From positions 20,260 to 84,259 of the forward strand of contig CACGDO010000004.1 of the NCBI GenBank assembly GCA_902571865.1: DNA of 64,000 nucleotides, in the 5' to 3' direction. Origin of the DNA: an uncultured Alphaproteobacteria bacterium (GTDB taxonomy: Bacteria > Pseudomonadota > Alphaproteobacteria > HIMB59 > GCA-002718135). Positions 31,084-41,100 of this stretch are shown piece after piece. Within the stretch, counting starts at the first letter, position 1. Each line of letters starts with the position of its first letter. The position numbers were made by a program, and so were the translations under genes. Under the pieces are notes generated by a model. That model was not told the DNA's origin and did not search any database. It saw nothing but the letters and a program-made list of their open reading frames with translations.

Positions 31084-32190
31084 TTACATAATGACATCGT
31101 GGACATTACTTTCGCGGGCTCCTGCTTTAGAAATAAACACAAATTTACAATTGCCCTGCATTTTCTTAATCGTTTTATGACCAGTGTAACCCATGGAAGA
31201 TCTTAAGCCACCAACAAGTTGATACGCTACATCTTCTATTTTACCTTTATATGGAACCATCCCTTCAACACCTTCTGCCACTAATTTTTTGGCATTCTTT
31301 GTTTCTTCTTGGGAGTATCGATCAAAAGAACCCTTTTGCATTGCTCCTACTGAACCCATACCTCTATAGGATTTAAATTTTTTACCTTTAATCGTTAATA
31401 ATTTTCCTGGTGATTCTTCAGTGCCAGCAAATAAAGACCCTATCATGCAAGCACTTGCACCGCCTGCTATAGCTTTTGCAATATCACCTGATGTTTTTAT
31501 TCCTCCATCTGCAATCACAGGAATTTTAAATTTATTGGCAACTTGATATGTATCCATCACAGCAGAGAGTTGAGGAATACCAACACCAGTCACAACCCTT
31601 GTTGTACAAATTGATCCTGGTCCAATACCTACTTTAATAGCATCTACACCAGCACTAATTAAATCCGATGCAGCTTTTTTTGTAGCAATATTTCCAACTA
31701 TGAGAGGTGTTTTCTTTAAAACTTTTTTTGCTTTTTCAATAAATTGTAAAGTCGTTTTCGTATGTGCATGAGCAACATCAATAAAAACTATATCAACACC
31801 AAATTTTAATAATTCTAATAGTCGTAAGTACGCATTATTTTCAACACCAATTGCAGCGCCCACCGCAATCTTTCCATTAGAATTAATTACAGCATTTTGA
31901 AATTTTTTAGCGTTAACTTTAAAGCTATGAACTTTTTTTACTTCGCTTGCTTGTTTATCAATTGGCATATTACGGTGAATAACACCTAGACCACCATGTA
32001 GTGCGAGATTGATCGCCATTTTATTCTCTGTTACGGTATCCATAGCAGCGGAGAGTATGGGAATATGTAATTTGACTTTTCCAATGGTAATCGATGTATC
32101 TACATCTTTTGGTTTGATCTCCGAATACGCTGGTGAGAGCAGAACATCATCAAAGGTAACGGAATAATTGGTATTTATTTGGTAGGCCAT
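31084..32190 (-). CDS. guaB: Inosine-5'-monophosphate dehydrogenase, CBS-less short form
   Basis: [38 protein letters not shown]; only ~368 aa from ATG 32190. Confidence 0.93.
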   Translation of the reverse strand: MAYQINTNYSVTFDDVLLSPAYSEIKPKDVDTSITIGKVKLHIPILSAAMDTVTENKMAINLALHGGLGVIHRNMPIDKQASEVKKVHSFKVNAKKFQNAVINSNGKIAVGAAIGVENNAYLRLLELLKFGVDIVFIDVAHAHTKTTLQFIEKAKKVLKKTPLIVGNIATKKAASDLISAGVDAIKVGIGPGSICTTRVVTGVGIPQLSAVMDTYQVANKFKIPVIADGGIKTSGDIAKAIAGGASACMIGSLFAGTEESPGKLLTIKGKKFKSYRGMGSVGAMQKGSFDRYSQEETKNAKKLVAEGVEGMVPYKGKIEDVAYQLVGGLRSSMGYTGHKTIKKMQGNCKFVFISKAGARESNVHDVIM

Positions 32191-32263
32191 TTCCAACAAT
32201 ATTTATTTTGTTTCGATTTGTAAAATAAATAGTTCAAATAATACTTTTTGAACCCCCTACGTC

Positions 32264-32743
32264 TTAAATTTTATATTCGAAGTTCTGGGTTGTAGGGTTA
32301 ATCTTTATTAATCTGGCACCATTTCGTATGTGATAATGTGTTGCCACAGGCGTTAAAGGGGAAAGGGTAATAATACTTTCAAATTGATCTTTTGATTTAA
32401 TATAGTTTTGTAATTCCTTCATTATTTTCTTTCCAGCACCTTTTTTAAAAGACCAAACTGTATACGCAATAGGGATGGAAGCTTCATCTTCCTTTACACT
32501 CATTAAATCCATTTCTTTAATTGTTGCAGGAATTTCATTTGTAAAAGCAAAACAGGCAATACCTTCAATATCATCTTTATATTTGAGGCCAAAAATTTTT
32601 CTTCCTTTTGATGTACGAAAATCATTATCCAGTTCTGGGCGCACTGGATCATCAGATGGATTAACACCATCTAGTTCAACTAGCTCCGTTTTTTTGATCC
32701 AACTAAAGAAATCAAACTCGTATTTGTATCTGCCAATTTTCAT
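32264..32743 (-). CDS. Hypothetical protein, GNAT-like / malonyl-CoA-decarboxylase-like fold, resembling marine phage proteins
   Basis: DDPVRPEL, AYTVWS..KGAGKKIM (acyl-CoA loop-like), ITLSP, A..YH.RNG. Confidence 0.5.
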   Translation of the reverse strand: MKIGRYKYEFDFFSWIKKTELVELDGVNPSDDPVRPELDNDFRTSKGRKIFGLKYKDDIEGIACFAFTNEIPATIKEMDLMSVKEDEASIPIAYTVWSFKKGAGKKIMKELQNYIKSKDQFESIITLSPLTPVATHYHIRNGARLIKINPTTQNFEYKI

Positions 32744-32862
32744 TTAAAGTATGTAATGCTTTATAAGATTTGATAAATAAAGATAGTGAATATTTTGATA
32801 AGAAAGTAGCTGTAATTACTTATTATCAAATTTTACTACTATAAATTCTTGCTACACTAAAA

Positions 32863-34176
32863 ATGTCTTCAAAATCATCTATTCAAAATATTTTTAAATT
32901 ATCTATCCCTATTTTCTTTGCAAATTTAGTCATTCCTTTTGTGGCTATTGTTGATACGGGTTTAATGGGTAATCTTGATAATGCTAGTTACTTAGTTGCT
33001 ACCAGTATTGCGGCAAGTGTCTTTTCCATTCTTTTTGGGAGTTTTGGTTTTTTACGATCAGGTACGGTTGGAATGATCGCTCAAGCAGATGGATCTAAAG
33101 ATTATGAAGAAATAATAAATATTTTTTTACGTAATATTTTTTTTGTTATTATTATTTCCCTCTTATTAATTATTCTTCAAACATACATATATAAATTTTC
33201 CTTATCTATTTTTGAATTATCACAAGAAACAAGACTTTATTTTAACGATTATTTTACCTTTCGTATTTACTCCTCTTTTGGTGAGCTAACGATTTTTGTG
33301 ATCACAGGACTATTTATTGGTTTACAAAAAACAAAAACATCCAGTCTTATTGTTGGGTTTTATTCTGTTGCAAATATAATTTTAAGCTTAGTCTTTGTTT
33401 TATATTTTAATTTAAATGTTTTAGGTGTTGCCTTAGGCACACTCGTCGCTTCAACACTGACAACAATAATCTTTTTATTTTATACATTTTATGATCTAAA
33501 CATGATGACCAAATTAGAATTTAATTCAAAAAAAATTTTTAATCTTAGTAAAGTAAAAAATATTTTTAATATTAATCTTAATATATTTATCCGATCTCTT
33601 CTTCTTGCTTTTGCCTTTTTATATTTTACCTATCTTGGTAATTCTATCAGTGAAGAAACAGTAGCAGCAAATACCATTTTGCTAAATTTTATAATGTTAT
33701 CAGCCTATGTTCTTGATGCTTATGCCTTTTCTACCGAAGGTATCGTTGGATATTCTATTGGTTCAAAAAATTTAAATTTATTAAAGGATGTTGTTAAAAA
33801 TTCTTTCATCTTAAGTACGGCAACAGGTTTAATAATATGCATCATTTTTTTCTTTAGTAAAAATTATTATATTATGATGATGACAGATTTACCTGACATC
33901 CGAGAGATTAGTTTTTCTTTTTCTTATTGGGTAATCATCATTCCTTTTGCAGCGTCTTTTTGTTTTCAATTTGATGGTATTTTTGTTGGCGCATCCCAAA
34001 CCACAGAACTGCGAAATGCCATGATTGCATCTGTTGCAATATATATCGTCCTTTCTTTCTTTTTGATCTCAAGTTTTGGAAATACAGGCTTATGGTTATC
34101 TCTCTGCATTTTCTTTATAGCAAGAGCACTCACTTTGTTTGTTTATATGCCTAGAATTTATCGTCGTATTTCGTAA
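32863..34176 (+). CDS. dinF: MATE family efflux transporter (DinF-like)
   Basis: P...AN...P....VDT...G, FGFLRSGT.G, FDGIFVGA....LRNAM; about 12 TM segments. Confidence 0.85.
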   Translation: MSSKSSIQNIFKLSIPIFFANLVIPFVAIVDTGLMGNLDNASYLVATSIAASVFSILFGSFGFLRSGTVGMIAQADGSKDYEEIINIFLRNIFFVIIISLLLIILQTYIYKFSLSIFELSQETRLYFNDYFTFRIYSSFGELTIFVITGLFIGLQKTKTSSLIVGFYSVANIILSLVFVLYFNLNVLGVALGTLVASTLTTIIFLFYTFYDLNMMTKLEFNSKKIFNLSKVKNIFNINLNIFIRSLLLAFAFLYFTYLGNSISEETVAANTILLNFIMLSAYVLDAYAFSTEGIVGYSIGSKNLNLLKDVVKNSFILSTATGLIICIIFFFSKNYYIMMMTDLPDIREISFSFSYWVIIIPFAASFCFQFDGIFVGASQTTELRNAMIASVAIYIVLSFFLISSFGNTGLWLSLCIFFIARALTLFVYMPRIYRRIS

Positions 34177-34311
34177 CATCATTAAATTTTTTTGAAATTT
34201 TTATTTCTATTTGTAAAAATAAAATCACTGTAAATGAAAAATAGTAATGACCCATTTTGGGGCATTTGCTACTATAAAATTCCTTTTTTTCTGATATTTC
34301 CCTGTATTTAA

Positions 34312-34346
34312 ACAAGGTTCGGTCCCAACCCTTGTAAAAAAAGACC
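34312..34346 (+). promoter_or_regulatory. Candidate preQ1 class I-like riboswitch aptamer (H-type pseudoknot) in the tpsA1 leader
   Basis: P1 ACAAGG (34312-17) / CCTTGT (34330-35); loop starts TTC and ends with an unpaired C (34329); A7 tract 34336-42; GACC (34343-46) pairs with loop GGTC (34321-24); 16 nt to ATG 34363. Confidence 0.6.
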
Positions 34347-34362
34347 TCGTAAATATTATACT

Positions 34363-37300
34363 ATGAGAGTCTTTGTTATTATATTTTGTTGTTTTTTTTA
34401 TTCATGTCTTTTGTGGGCTGAACTACCAAGTGGTAAAACAACGATTACAGGCGATATTTCAATTAGCTCTGATACTCAAACGATGACCATCCACCAACAA
34501 TCAAACCAGGCTATTATAGAATGGAATAGTTTTAATATCGGGGAAAATAATACTGTTACCTTTCAACAACCATCAACTAGTGCCAGTGCCCTTAATAGAG
34601 TTGTCTCTGGTAATCCTACAACACTAGCCGGTGCTTTAAATGCCAATGGTAAAGTATTTGTGGTGAATGAAAACGGTGTCTACTTTACACCAAATGCAAC
34701 AATCAATGCGCATTCGTTTGCTGCCTCCACGCTGGCTTTATCCAATGATAACTTTCTTAATAATATTTTTTCTTTTAATTCTTCAAATCAATCATCCCTT
34801 CAATCAATTATTAATAAGGGATCGATCACGACATTAGATGGAGGCTTTACTGCTCTACTAGGCGGTGCGATCAATAATGAAGGGACCATTAATGCCAACC
34901 TTGGAAAACTTGGTCTTGGTGCTGGAAAAGAAATCACCTTAGATTTAAGTGGAGACAAATTTTTACAAGTAGCGGTGCCAATAGAATTGGCCACGACAAT
35001 TCTTGATGACGAAAATAACGATGTTAAAGCTCTCATTCAACATGCTGGATCTTCTAATGCTCACACTATAGATATTGATATTGGATCAGCTAAAACAGCA
35101 TTAAACAACGCCGTGTTCATTCCTGGTAATCTTGTTGCCACAACAGCTTCACAAGAAAATGGTGTTATTACTCTTGGAGGAAGTACGGCGCCTATTAATG
35201 TTTTAGGAAACATGACTGCAAAGGAAGGTCTCGTTAATATTGATGCGGGTTTAATCTCTTTTACTGGAAAGGTAGATGTATCAGGTGAAGATTCAGGTAA
35301 TGCTAACTTTGCATCGATAGGTAATATCTATCTTGATGGACCCATTGATGCATCATCAACAGTGGCACAAGGAGGTAATATTACTCTTTCGTCATCAAAT
35401 AAAATTATACAAACATCGAATAGCACTTTAGATGCCTCTGGAACAGAAGGAGGAGACATAAATATTAGTGCAAAAAATTTTGAAACATCAGGAAATCTTA
35501 TAGCTGCAGGTTTGAATGGTGTGGGAGGACGACTTGATATTGAAGCAAGCAGTAAAGCAACCATTTATACATCAAACCTTGATGCGAGTGGTACTAGTAG
35601 AGGTGGTTTAGTAAGAATTGGTGGTGCGTTTCAAGGAAGTAATTATCTAACACGGACAACAGCACAAGAAGAAACATTTATTAATCGTTGGGGAATTCTT
35701 CCAAGTATGAAAAATGCACAATTTGTTTTTATAAACAAAGGCGCTATCATTGACGTTGCTTCTAGTAATGGTGATGCAGGCACAGCAATCATTTGGAGTG
35801 ATCAAGAAACAACGATGCTGGGAAAAATTCTTGCAACAGGAACAATAGGCGGGTCAGTTGAAATATCATCAAAGGATACACTTCGTCATATTGGACTAAA
35901 TGATATTTCAATTAGTGCTGGTGGTCATTTACTTTTAGATCCTAAAAATATTACTATCGGGGATGTTGGCACCTCAAAAAATTGGACATATCAATCAATA
36001 ATAGATAGTTCTGCTAATAGTGCAGTCGACTTGACTAGTTTTAATATAAAATCTGGATGGGCAAATGGTGATCAATTTGGAACGTCCGGTGTAAGATTAA
36101 GCGGAGATGGAACAAAACTTGGTGTACTTTCACGGTATGACGATGGCTATAATGATAGTAGCAATAATTATCCAGCTCTTTATTTATTTCAGTTTAGTGA
36201 CACAAACTTTTCCAATCCAACTCTTAGAGGTATTATAGGTAAAGGTTATGATGCTTTATCAGGTACTCATCCTGGCAGTTTAGATTTTGAATTTCCATCA
36301 AATGATCCTTATCCGGTTCAGTTTGATTTAGATTATGATGGTGATCGTCTGGTATTAGGAGCACCAATACATAACGCCCCCGGTAAAGCGGGTTCTGTCT
36401 ATACTATTAAATTTGACGATACTAATTTTACTAATCCAACCATTGTTGGGCATATCTCCGAGACTCCTAATGCAGCCTACAGTCAAAATTTACAACTATT
36501 AGATTTATTTAACCAGGGATTTGGAGGTGGGATCGCTCTTAATTCTGATGGATCAAGAATGGCAGTAGCAGTGCTTGAAGGTATTCATTTAATTTCATTT
36601 AGTGATACAAATTTTACATCTCCCACAATAACAAGGGTACTCTGGGCTGAGAGTTCAAGTACACCATATTCATATAATTCTACTTTCCCCATAACGAGTA
36701 TTAATTACCATACATTAGGTAATAATATACCATATAATTTGAATTTAACCGATGATGCCACAGCTCTTTCGTTTACAGGTTCTGAAAATAATATAGTTAC
36801 TTTCTCAGATAATAATTTTTCTAATCCTTCACTTGCTCTTCAATTTAAACATGATTGCTCATCGTGTACTGGTAATAATAATATTAGCTTCGATGCCCCT
36901 GCTGGCGCAAATCGTGGCGTTCGTGCTCATGCGTTAAGTGGAGACGGACGCACTCTTTTAATATCATCTAACACAATAGATAATTATATAATTAAAGCGT
37001 ACGGTTTTAGTGATACAAGTTTTTCAAACCCAACATTAATTTCCTCATTTTATGCTTTGAATGGTGCAGATGTACAAAAAATGGCTTTAAGTTCTGATGG
37101 TTCCAACCTTGCTTTAGGATATGGAAGTGGAGGTAGTGTAGAATTATTGACGTCATCTAATTATCTTGATGGTACAGCCTATACTGAAGATCCCAGTAGT
37201 GATATTACAATTAGTGTGGATGCGCTTGAAGCTCTTCTTGATACCAATGTGAATGTGACACTTCAAGCGAACACCGATATTATAATTAACGCGCCCATTA

Positions 37301-38103
37301 CAACAACTGGCACAGGAACATTAAGTCTGCATGCTGGACGTGATGTTGATATTAATAAGTCAATTAGTACTTCTGGCAATTTAGCAATTATTGCCAGTGA
37401 TACTAGTGCTAATAATGTCGTGAGTGCGCAGCGTGATAGCGGAACCGGTGATATTTTAGCGGCCTATGAAAGTGATGGAACAACATCTATAAGTTTATCG
37501 GCAAGTGATTTAGATATAACACTTAATAACGGCAGTGGTGTGAGTAATGCCAGTATGGGGAACATTGAACTTGCTACTATTACGGCTACAACAGGAACAC
37601 TGCAATCAGCAAACTTTAGTGGTTCGGGAGCAGCTGTCAGTGATAAAGCGCACGATGGCACAACGTCAGCAACAGTTGCTACAACGGGATCTGTTTCAGG
37701 ATTAACGTTAGTTGGTAGTGACTTAGCACTTGTAAATACAGCCGCATTCACATCAGCAACTATTGGTGCAGCAAAAGATGCAACAGTGGATTATGATCTC
37801 AGTGGCTATTTAAGTAGCACGATGGATGTGACAGATACAAGTAGTACTGCTATTACCGAGAGTGTCACAGCAGCTATAACTGGGACAAGTTCGAGCAGTT
37901 CTTCAATCGAAAATAACAATGTAGAAGTGACCATTAATGATCAAACAGAAATTGTGGAAAACATGATTGGAGACATTAACAAAATTGTTCCTTTCGTATC
38001 TGTAGACGCTATAGTTGGATCAAATATGTCCCTTCAATTAGCAAGAGAAGCCAACATACAATCTGCTCCAAATACTGAAGGTTTAGGTTTTCAAAGTCTA
38101 TAA
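34363..38103 (+). CDS. Two-partner secretion exoprotein TpsA1 (filamentous haemagglutinin N-domain, beta-helix, 6 FG-GAP-like repeats, degenerate YDG domain)
   Basis: Signal peptide then LPSG; IIEWNSFNIG, ALNRV, NGKVFVVNENG, LLLDPKNITI, NVTLQANTDI, SDKAHDGTT. Confidence 0.88.
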   Translation: MRVFVIIFCCFFYSCLLWAELPSGKTTITGDISISSDTQTMTIHQQSNQAIIEWNSFNIGENNTVTFQQPSTSASALNRVVSGNPTTLAGALNANGKVFVVNENGVYFTPNATINAHSFAASTLALSNDNFLNNIFSFNSSNQSSLQSIINKGSITTLDGGFTALLGGAINNEGTINANLGKLGLGAGKEITLDLSGDKFLQVAVPIELATTILDDENNDVKALIQHAGSSNAHTIDIDIGSAKTALNNAVFIPGNLVATTASQENGVITLGGSTAPINVLGNMTAKEGLVNIDAGLISFTGKVDVSGEDSGNANFASIGNIYLDGPIDASSTVAQGGNITLSSSNKIIQTSNSTLDASGTEGGDINISAKNFETSGNLIAAGLNGVGGRLDIEASSKATIYTSNLDASGTSRGGLVRIGGAFQGSNYLTRTTAQEETFINRWGILPSMKNAQFVFINKGAIIDVASSNGDAGTAIIWSDQETTMLGKILATGTIGGSVEISSKDTLRHIGLNDISISAGGHLLLDPKNITIGDVGTSKNWTYQSIIDSSANSAVDLTSFNIKSGWANGDQFGTSGVRLSGDGTKLGVLSRYDDGYNDSSNNYPALYLFQFSDTNFSNPTLRGIIGKGYDALSGTHPGSLDFEFPSNDPYPVQFDLDYDGDRLVLGAPIHNAPGKAGSVYTIKFDDTNFTNPTIVGHISETPNAAYSQNLQLLDLFNQGFGGGIALNSDGSRMAVAVLEGIHLISFSDTNFTSPTITRVLWAESSSTPYSYNSTFPITSINYHTLGNNIPYNLNLTDDATALSFTGSENNIVTFSDNNFSNPSLALQFKHDCSSCTGNNNISFDAPAGANRGVRAHALSGDGRTLLISSNTIDNYIIKAYGFSDTSFSNPTLISSFYALNGADVQKMALSSDGSNLALGYGSGGSVELLTSSNYLDGTAYTEDPSSDITISVDALEALLDTNVNVTLQANTDIIINAPITTTGTGTLSLHAGRDVDINKSISTSGNLAIIASDTSANNVVSAQRDSGTGDILAAYESDGTTSISLSASDLDITLNNGSGVSNASMGNIELATITATTGTLQSANFSGSGAAVSDKAHDGTTSATVATTGSVSGLTLVGSDLALVNTAAFTSATIGAAKDATVDYDLSGYLSSTMDVTDTSSTAITESVTAAITGTSSSSSSIENNNVEVTINDQTEIVENMIGDINKIVPFVSVDAIVGSNMSLQLAREANIQSAPNTEGLGFQSL
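35962..37160 (+). repeat. Six FG-GAP/propeller-blade-like protein repeats inside tpsA1 (approximate limits)
   Basis: Six copies of L-x-x-D-[GA]-x-x-[LM], five of them followed by F-[SD]-D-x-[NS]-F-[ST]-[NS]-P-[TS]. Confidence 0.7.
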
Positions 38104-38109
38104 GCATTT

Positions 38110-41100
38110 ATGAAAAATGCTTTTATTTTTCTTCTTTCTTTTCTCTTTCTAGAAACACAATTCGTCTACGCTACCTCTCTTCCAAGCGGGGAAAATATTA
38201 TATCCGGGGATATTTCTATCAGTTCATCACAAAATTCCATGACAATTATACAGTCTTCCGAACAATCGATTATTGAATGGACGAGTTTTGATATTGGGGC
38301 ACAAAATAGTTTAACCTTTAATCAACCTTCTGTTAATGCAAGTGCTTTAAACAGAGTTGTCTCAGGAAATCCAACAACGCTTGCTGGTGCATTAAATGCC
38401 AATGGTAAAGTTTTTGTTGTGAATGAAAACGGTGTTTACTTTACACCCACGTCGACAATCAATGCGCATTCCTTTGCTGCATCGACACTGGCTCTTTCAA
38501 ATGATGATTTTCTCAATAATAGATTTTTATTTAAAGCAGATAATGTAAATAATATTTTTTCTTCTATTATTCATAAAGGTTCCATTACTACTTTGGATGG
38601 AGGTTTTACTGCTCTCTTCGGTGGCGCTATTAATAATGAAGGTACGATTAATGCGAACCTTGGTAAAATTGGAATAGGAGCTGGAAAAGAAATTACGTTA
38701 GACTTGAGTGGTGATAAATTTTTACAAGTAAGCGTTCCATTTAGTGAAGCGATAACGTTACTTGATCAAAATGCAGAAGAATTAAATACCATTATTAATC
38801 ATGCAGGAACATCAACGGCAAATAGAATAGATATTGATGTTGGCGCTGCTAAAAATGTTGTTCAGCGCGCTGTCAATATTCCAGGTAATCTTGTTGCAAC
38901 AACTGCCTCACAAAAAAATGGCGTCATTACCCTTGGGGGTGCAGGTGATATTGTCGTTGCAGGAAATTTAACAGCCAAAGAAAATGGTAAAATTAACGCA
39001 GAAGGTAATTTTTTATCTTTTGGTGGTAAAGTTGATGTGTCAGGTGCAAATGCAGGAACAATAAGTTTTAATAGTACAGGTGAAATATCTTTAGGAGGAA
39101 CTCTAAATGCTTCTTCCTCTACTAATGCTGGTGGTAAAATTGATATTCAATCTGATTATAAAATTATTCAAAGTCATGGCAGTGAAATTAATACATCAGG
39201 ACATACTAAGGGTGGTAATATTCTAGTATCAGCACCAAACATTATGTCTTCAGGTTCTATGTCTTCAAATGGCAGTCAACAAGGTGGTTTCATTGATATA
39301 GAGTCTGAAGGTTACATTCGTTTATTATCTACTGATATTAATGTAGTAGGTAATACCCATGGAGGGTTAGTTCGTATTGGGGGAGAATTTCAGGGTAATA
39401 ATAATTTAACAAGAACTACCCAGCAACAAGATGTTTTTATTGATAGGTGGGGTGAAAGACGATCACTTGTTAACGCAAAAACTATTTTAATATCAGATGG
39501 ATCGAATATTAATATTTCCTCTTCTAATGGCGATGCAGGTACAGCAATCATTTGGAGTGATCAAGAAACGACTATGCTTGGTAATATTGATGCAAAAGGC
39601 TTGACTGGTGGTGCTGTTGAAATTTCCTCCAAAGACACATTACGACATGTTGGATTATCAAATGTCAATATATCAGAAGGTGGCCAATTATTACTTGATC
39701 CAAAAAATATTACTGTTGGAACGGGTGTAACGTCTCAAAACTGGGTTCATAAAGGCTTAATCGGAAAGGATTATGCCGTTGTATCATCAACCAATGTCGG
39801 GGAGCCTAAACTAACTAGAGGTGGAAATTTTGGATCTGATATAGCAATCAGTGATGATTCAACTTTAATGGCTGTGGGTGCTAGAGAAGGTGGAGCGCAA
39901 AATAATACAAAAACAGGAGTGGTATATTTGTACCAATTTGATGACGGCAATTTTACTAACGCAACACTGATAGGGCGTATAGGAAAAGGATACACTGGAG
40001 GAAAAAATGTAGATAACTCATATCTTCAAAAGAATGACAAGTTTGGTCGCTCCTTATCTTTTAATAGTACCGGTACTAGATTAGCGGTTGGAGCAACTGG
40101 TGATGATGCAGCACAAAATGGTTCAGAGTCAACTGGTGCGGTTTATTTAATAACTTTTGATGATACTTCTTACTCAGGTGGAGAAATTGTTGGAAGAATA
40201 GGAGGTGGTTACACCGGCTCCAAGAATGTCAATTTGTTTAGACAGGGAGTTACTAAAAAAGGGGTAACTGTAAAATCTTATGATTTATTTGGTTCGAGTG
40301 TAGCATTAGATGGTGATGCAAATGTTCTGGCTGTTGGTCTGAGAGGTGATGATGGATTTAAGCAATATAGTAATAGTTATGACATATCTAAGGCTGGTGG
40401 AGTATTTATAATTGCTTTTGATGATACAGATTTTTCTAATGGTGAAGTTGTATCACGAATTGGTAATGGTTATCAAAATTTAAGCTCTAACAGTAATTGT
40501 GCGAAAACTAATAAGTGTGCTGCAATTGCAAATGATTTTGACACAAATAGTCATACTGATTTAACTCCAAAAAAAGATGATGAATTAGGTTCAGCGGTTT
40601 CTTTTAATCATGATGGCTCTCTTCTTGCTATTGGATCTACAGGAGATAATGGTAAAAATAATAATAAAAATAATTCGGGTTCTGTAAGATTATTTAAGTT
40701 CATGAATAGTGGAAGCATTGTTTCTGCTGCTACAGGTACGCCAACCTATATTGGTTCTATCGGACAAGATTATGATTATCTTGATACAAGTGACTCAAGT
40801 GTTCATGCAGTAACCTTGGCTAATGGAGATCGATTTGGAAACTCTGTTGCATTTGATAAAGATGCTGATCGATTAGCTGTTAGTTACTGGGATCAATCTG
40901 TATCTGGTGAAAGCAAAGTTAGAACAGGAGCTGTAAATTTATATACACTAACTGATAACCTTGCATCCGCAACCTACATTGGAACAATTGGTAATGGTTA
41001 TACTGGATCAAAAGATTTGGATCTTGGAAGTTCATTAGATAGTGGTGATAAGTTTGGTGAAGGTATAGATTTGAATGAAACAGGTAATCGCCTTGTAATG

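Noticed and set aside
32200-32253. Two small hairpins in the guaB leader (TATTTATTTT/AAAATAAATA and GTTCAAA/TTTGAAC)
   Set aside because: Almost all A/T and no match to a purine or ZTP riboswitch consensus that I can recognise
32794-32830. Inverted repeat TTTGATAA...TTATCAAA in the divergent spacer before the MATE gene
   Set aside because: Low complexity; no cognate regulator nearby
34242-34271. Imperfect hairpin TAGTAATGACCC...GGGGCATTTGCTA between MATE and tpsA1
   Set aside because: Could be the MATE terminator, but it has mismatches and no adjacent U-tract; not needed for the pseudoknot model
35782-39569. 29-nt identical tract ACAGCAATCATTTGGAGTGATCAAGAAAC at 35782-35810 and 39541-39569
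   Set aside because: Lies in a conserved coding motif (TAIIWSDQET) of two paralogues; not a CRISPR repeat, att site or DGR template, and gene conversion cannot be shown from one tract
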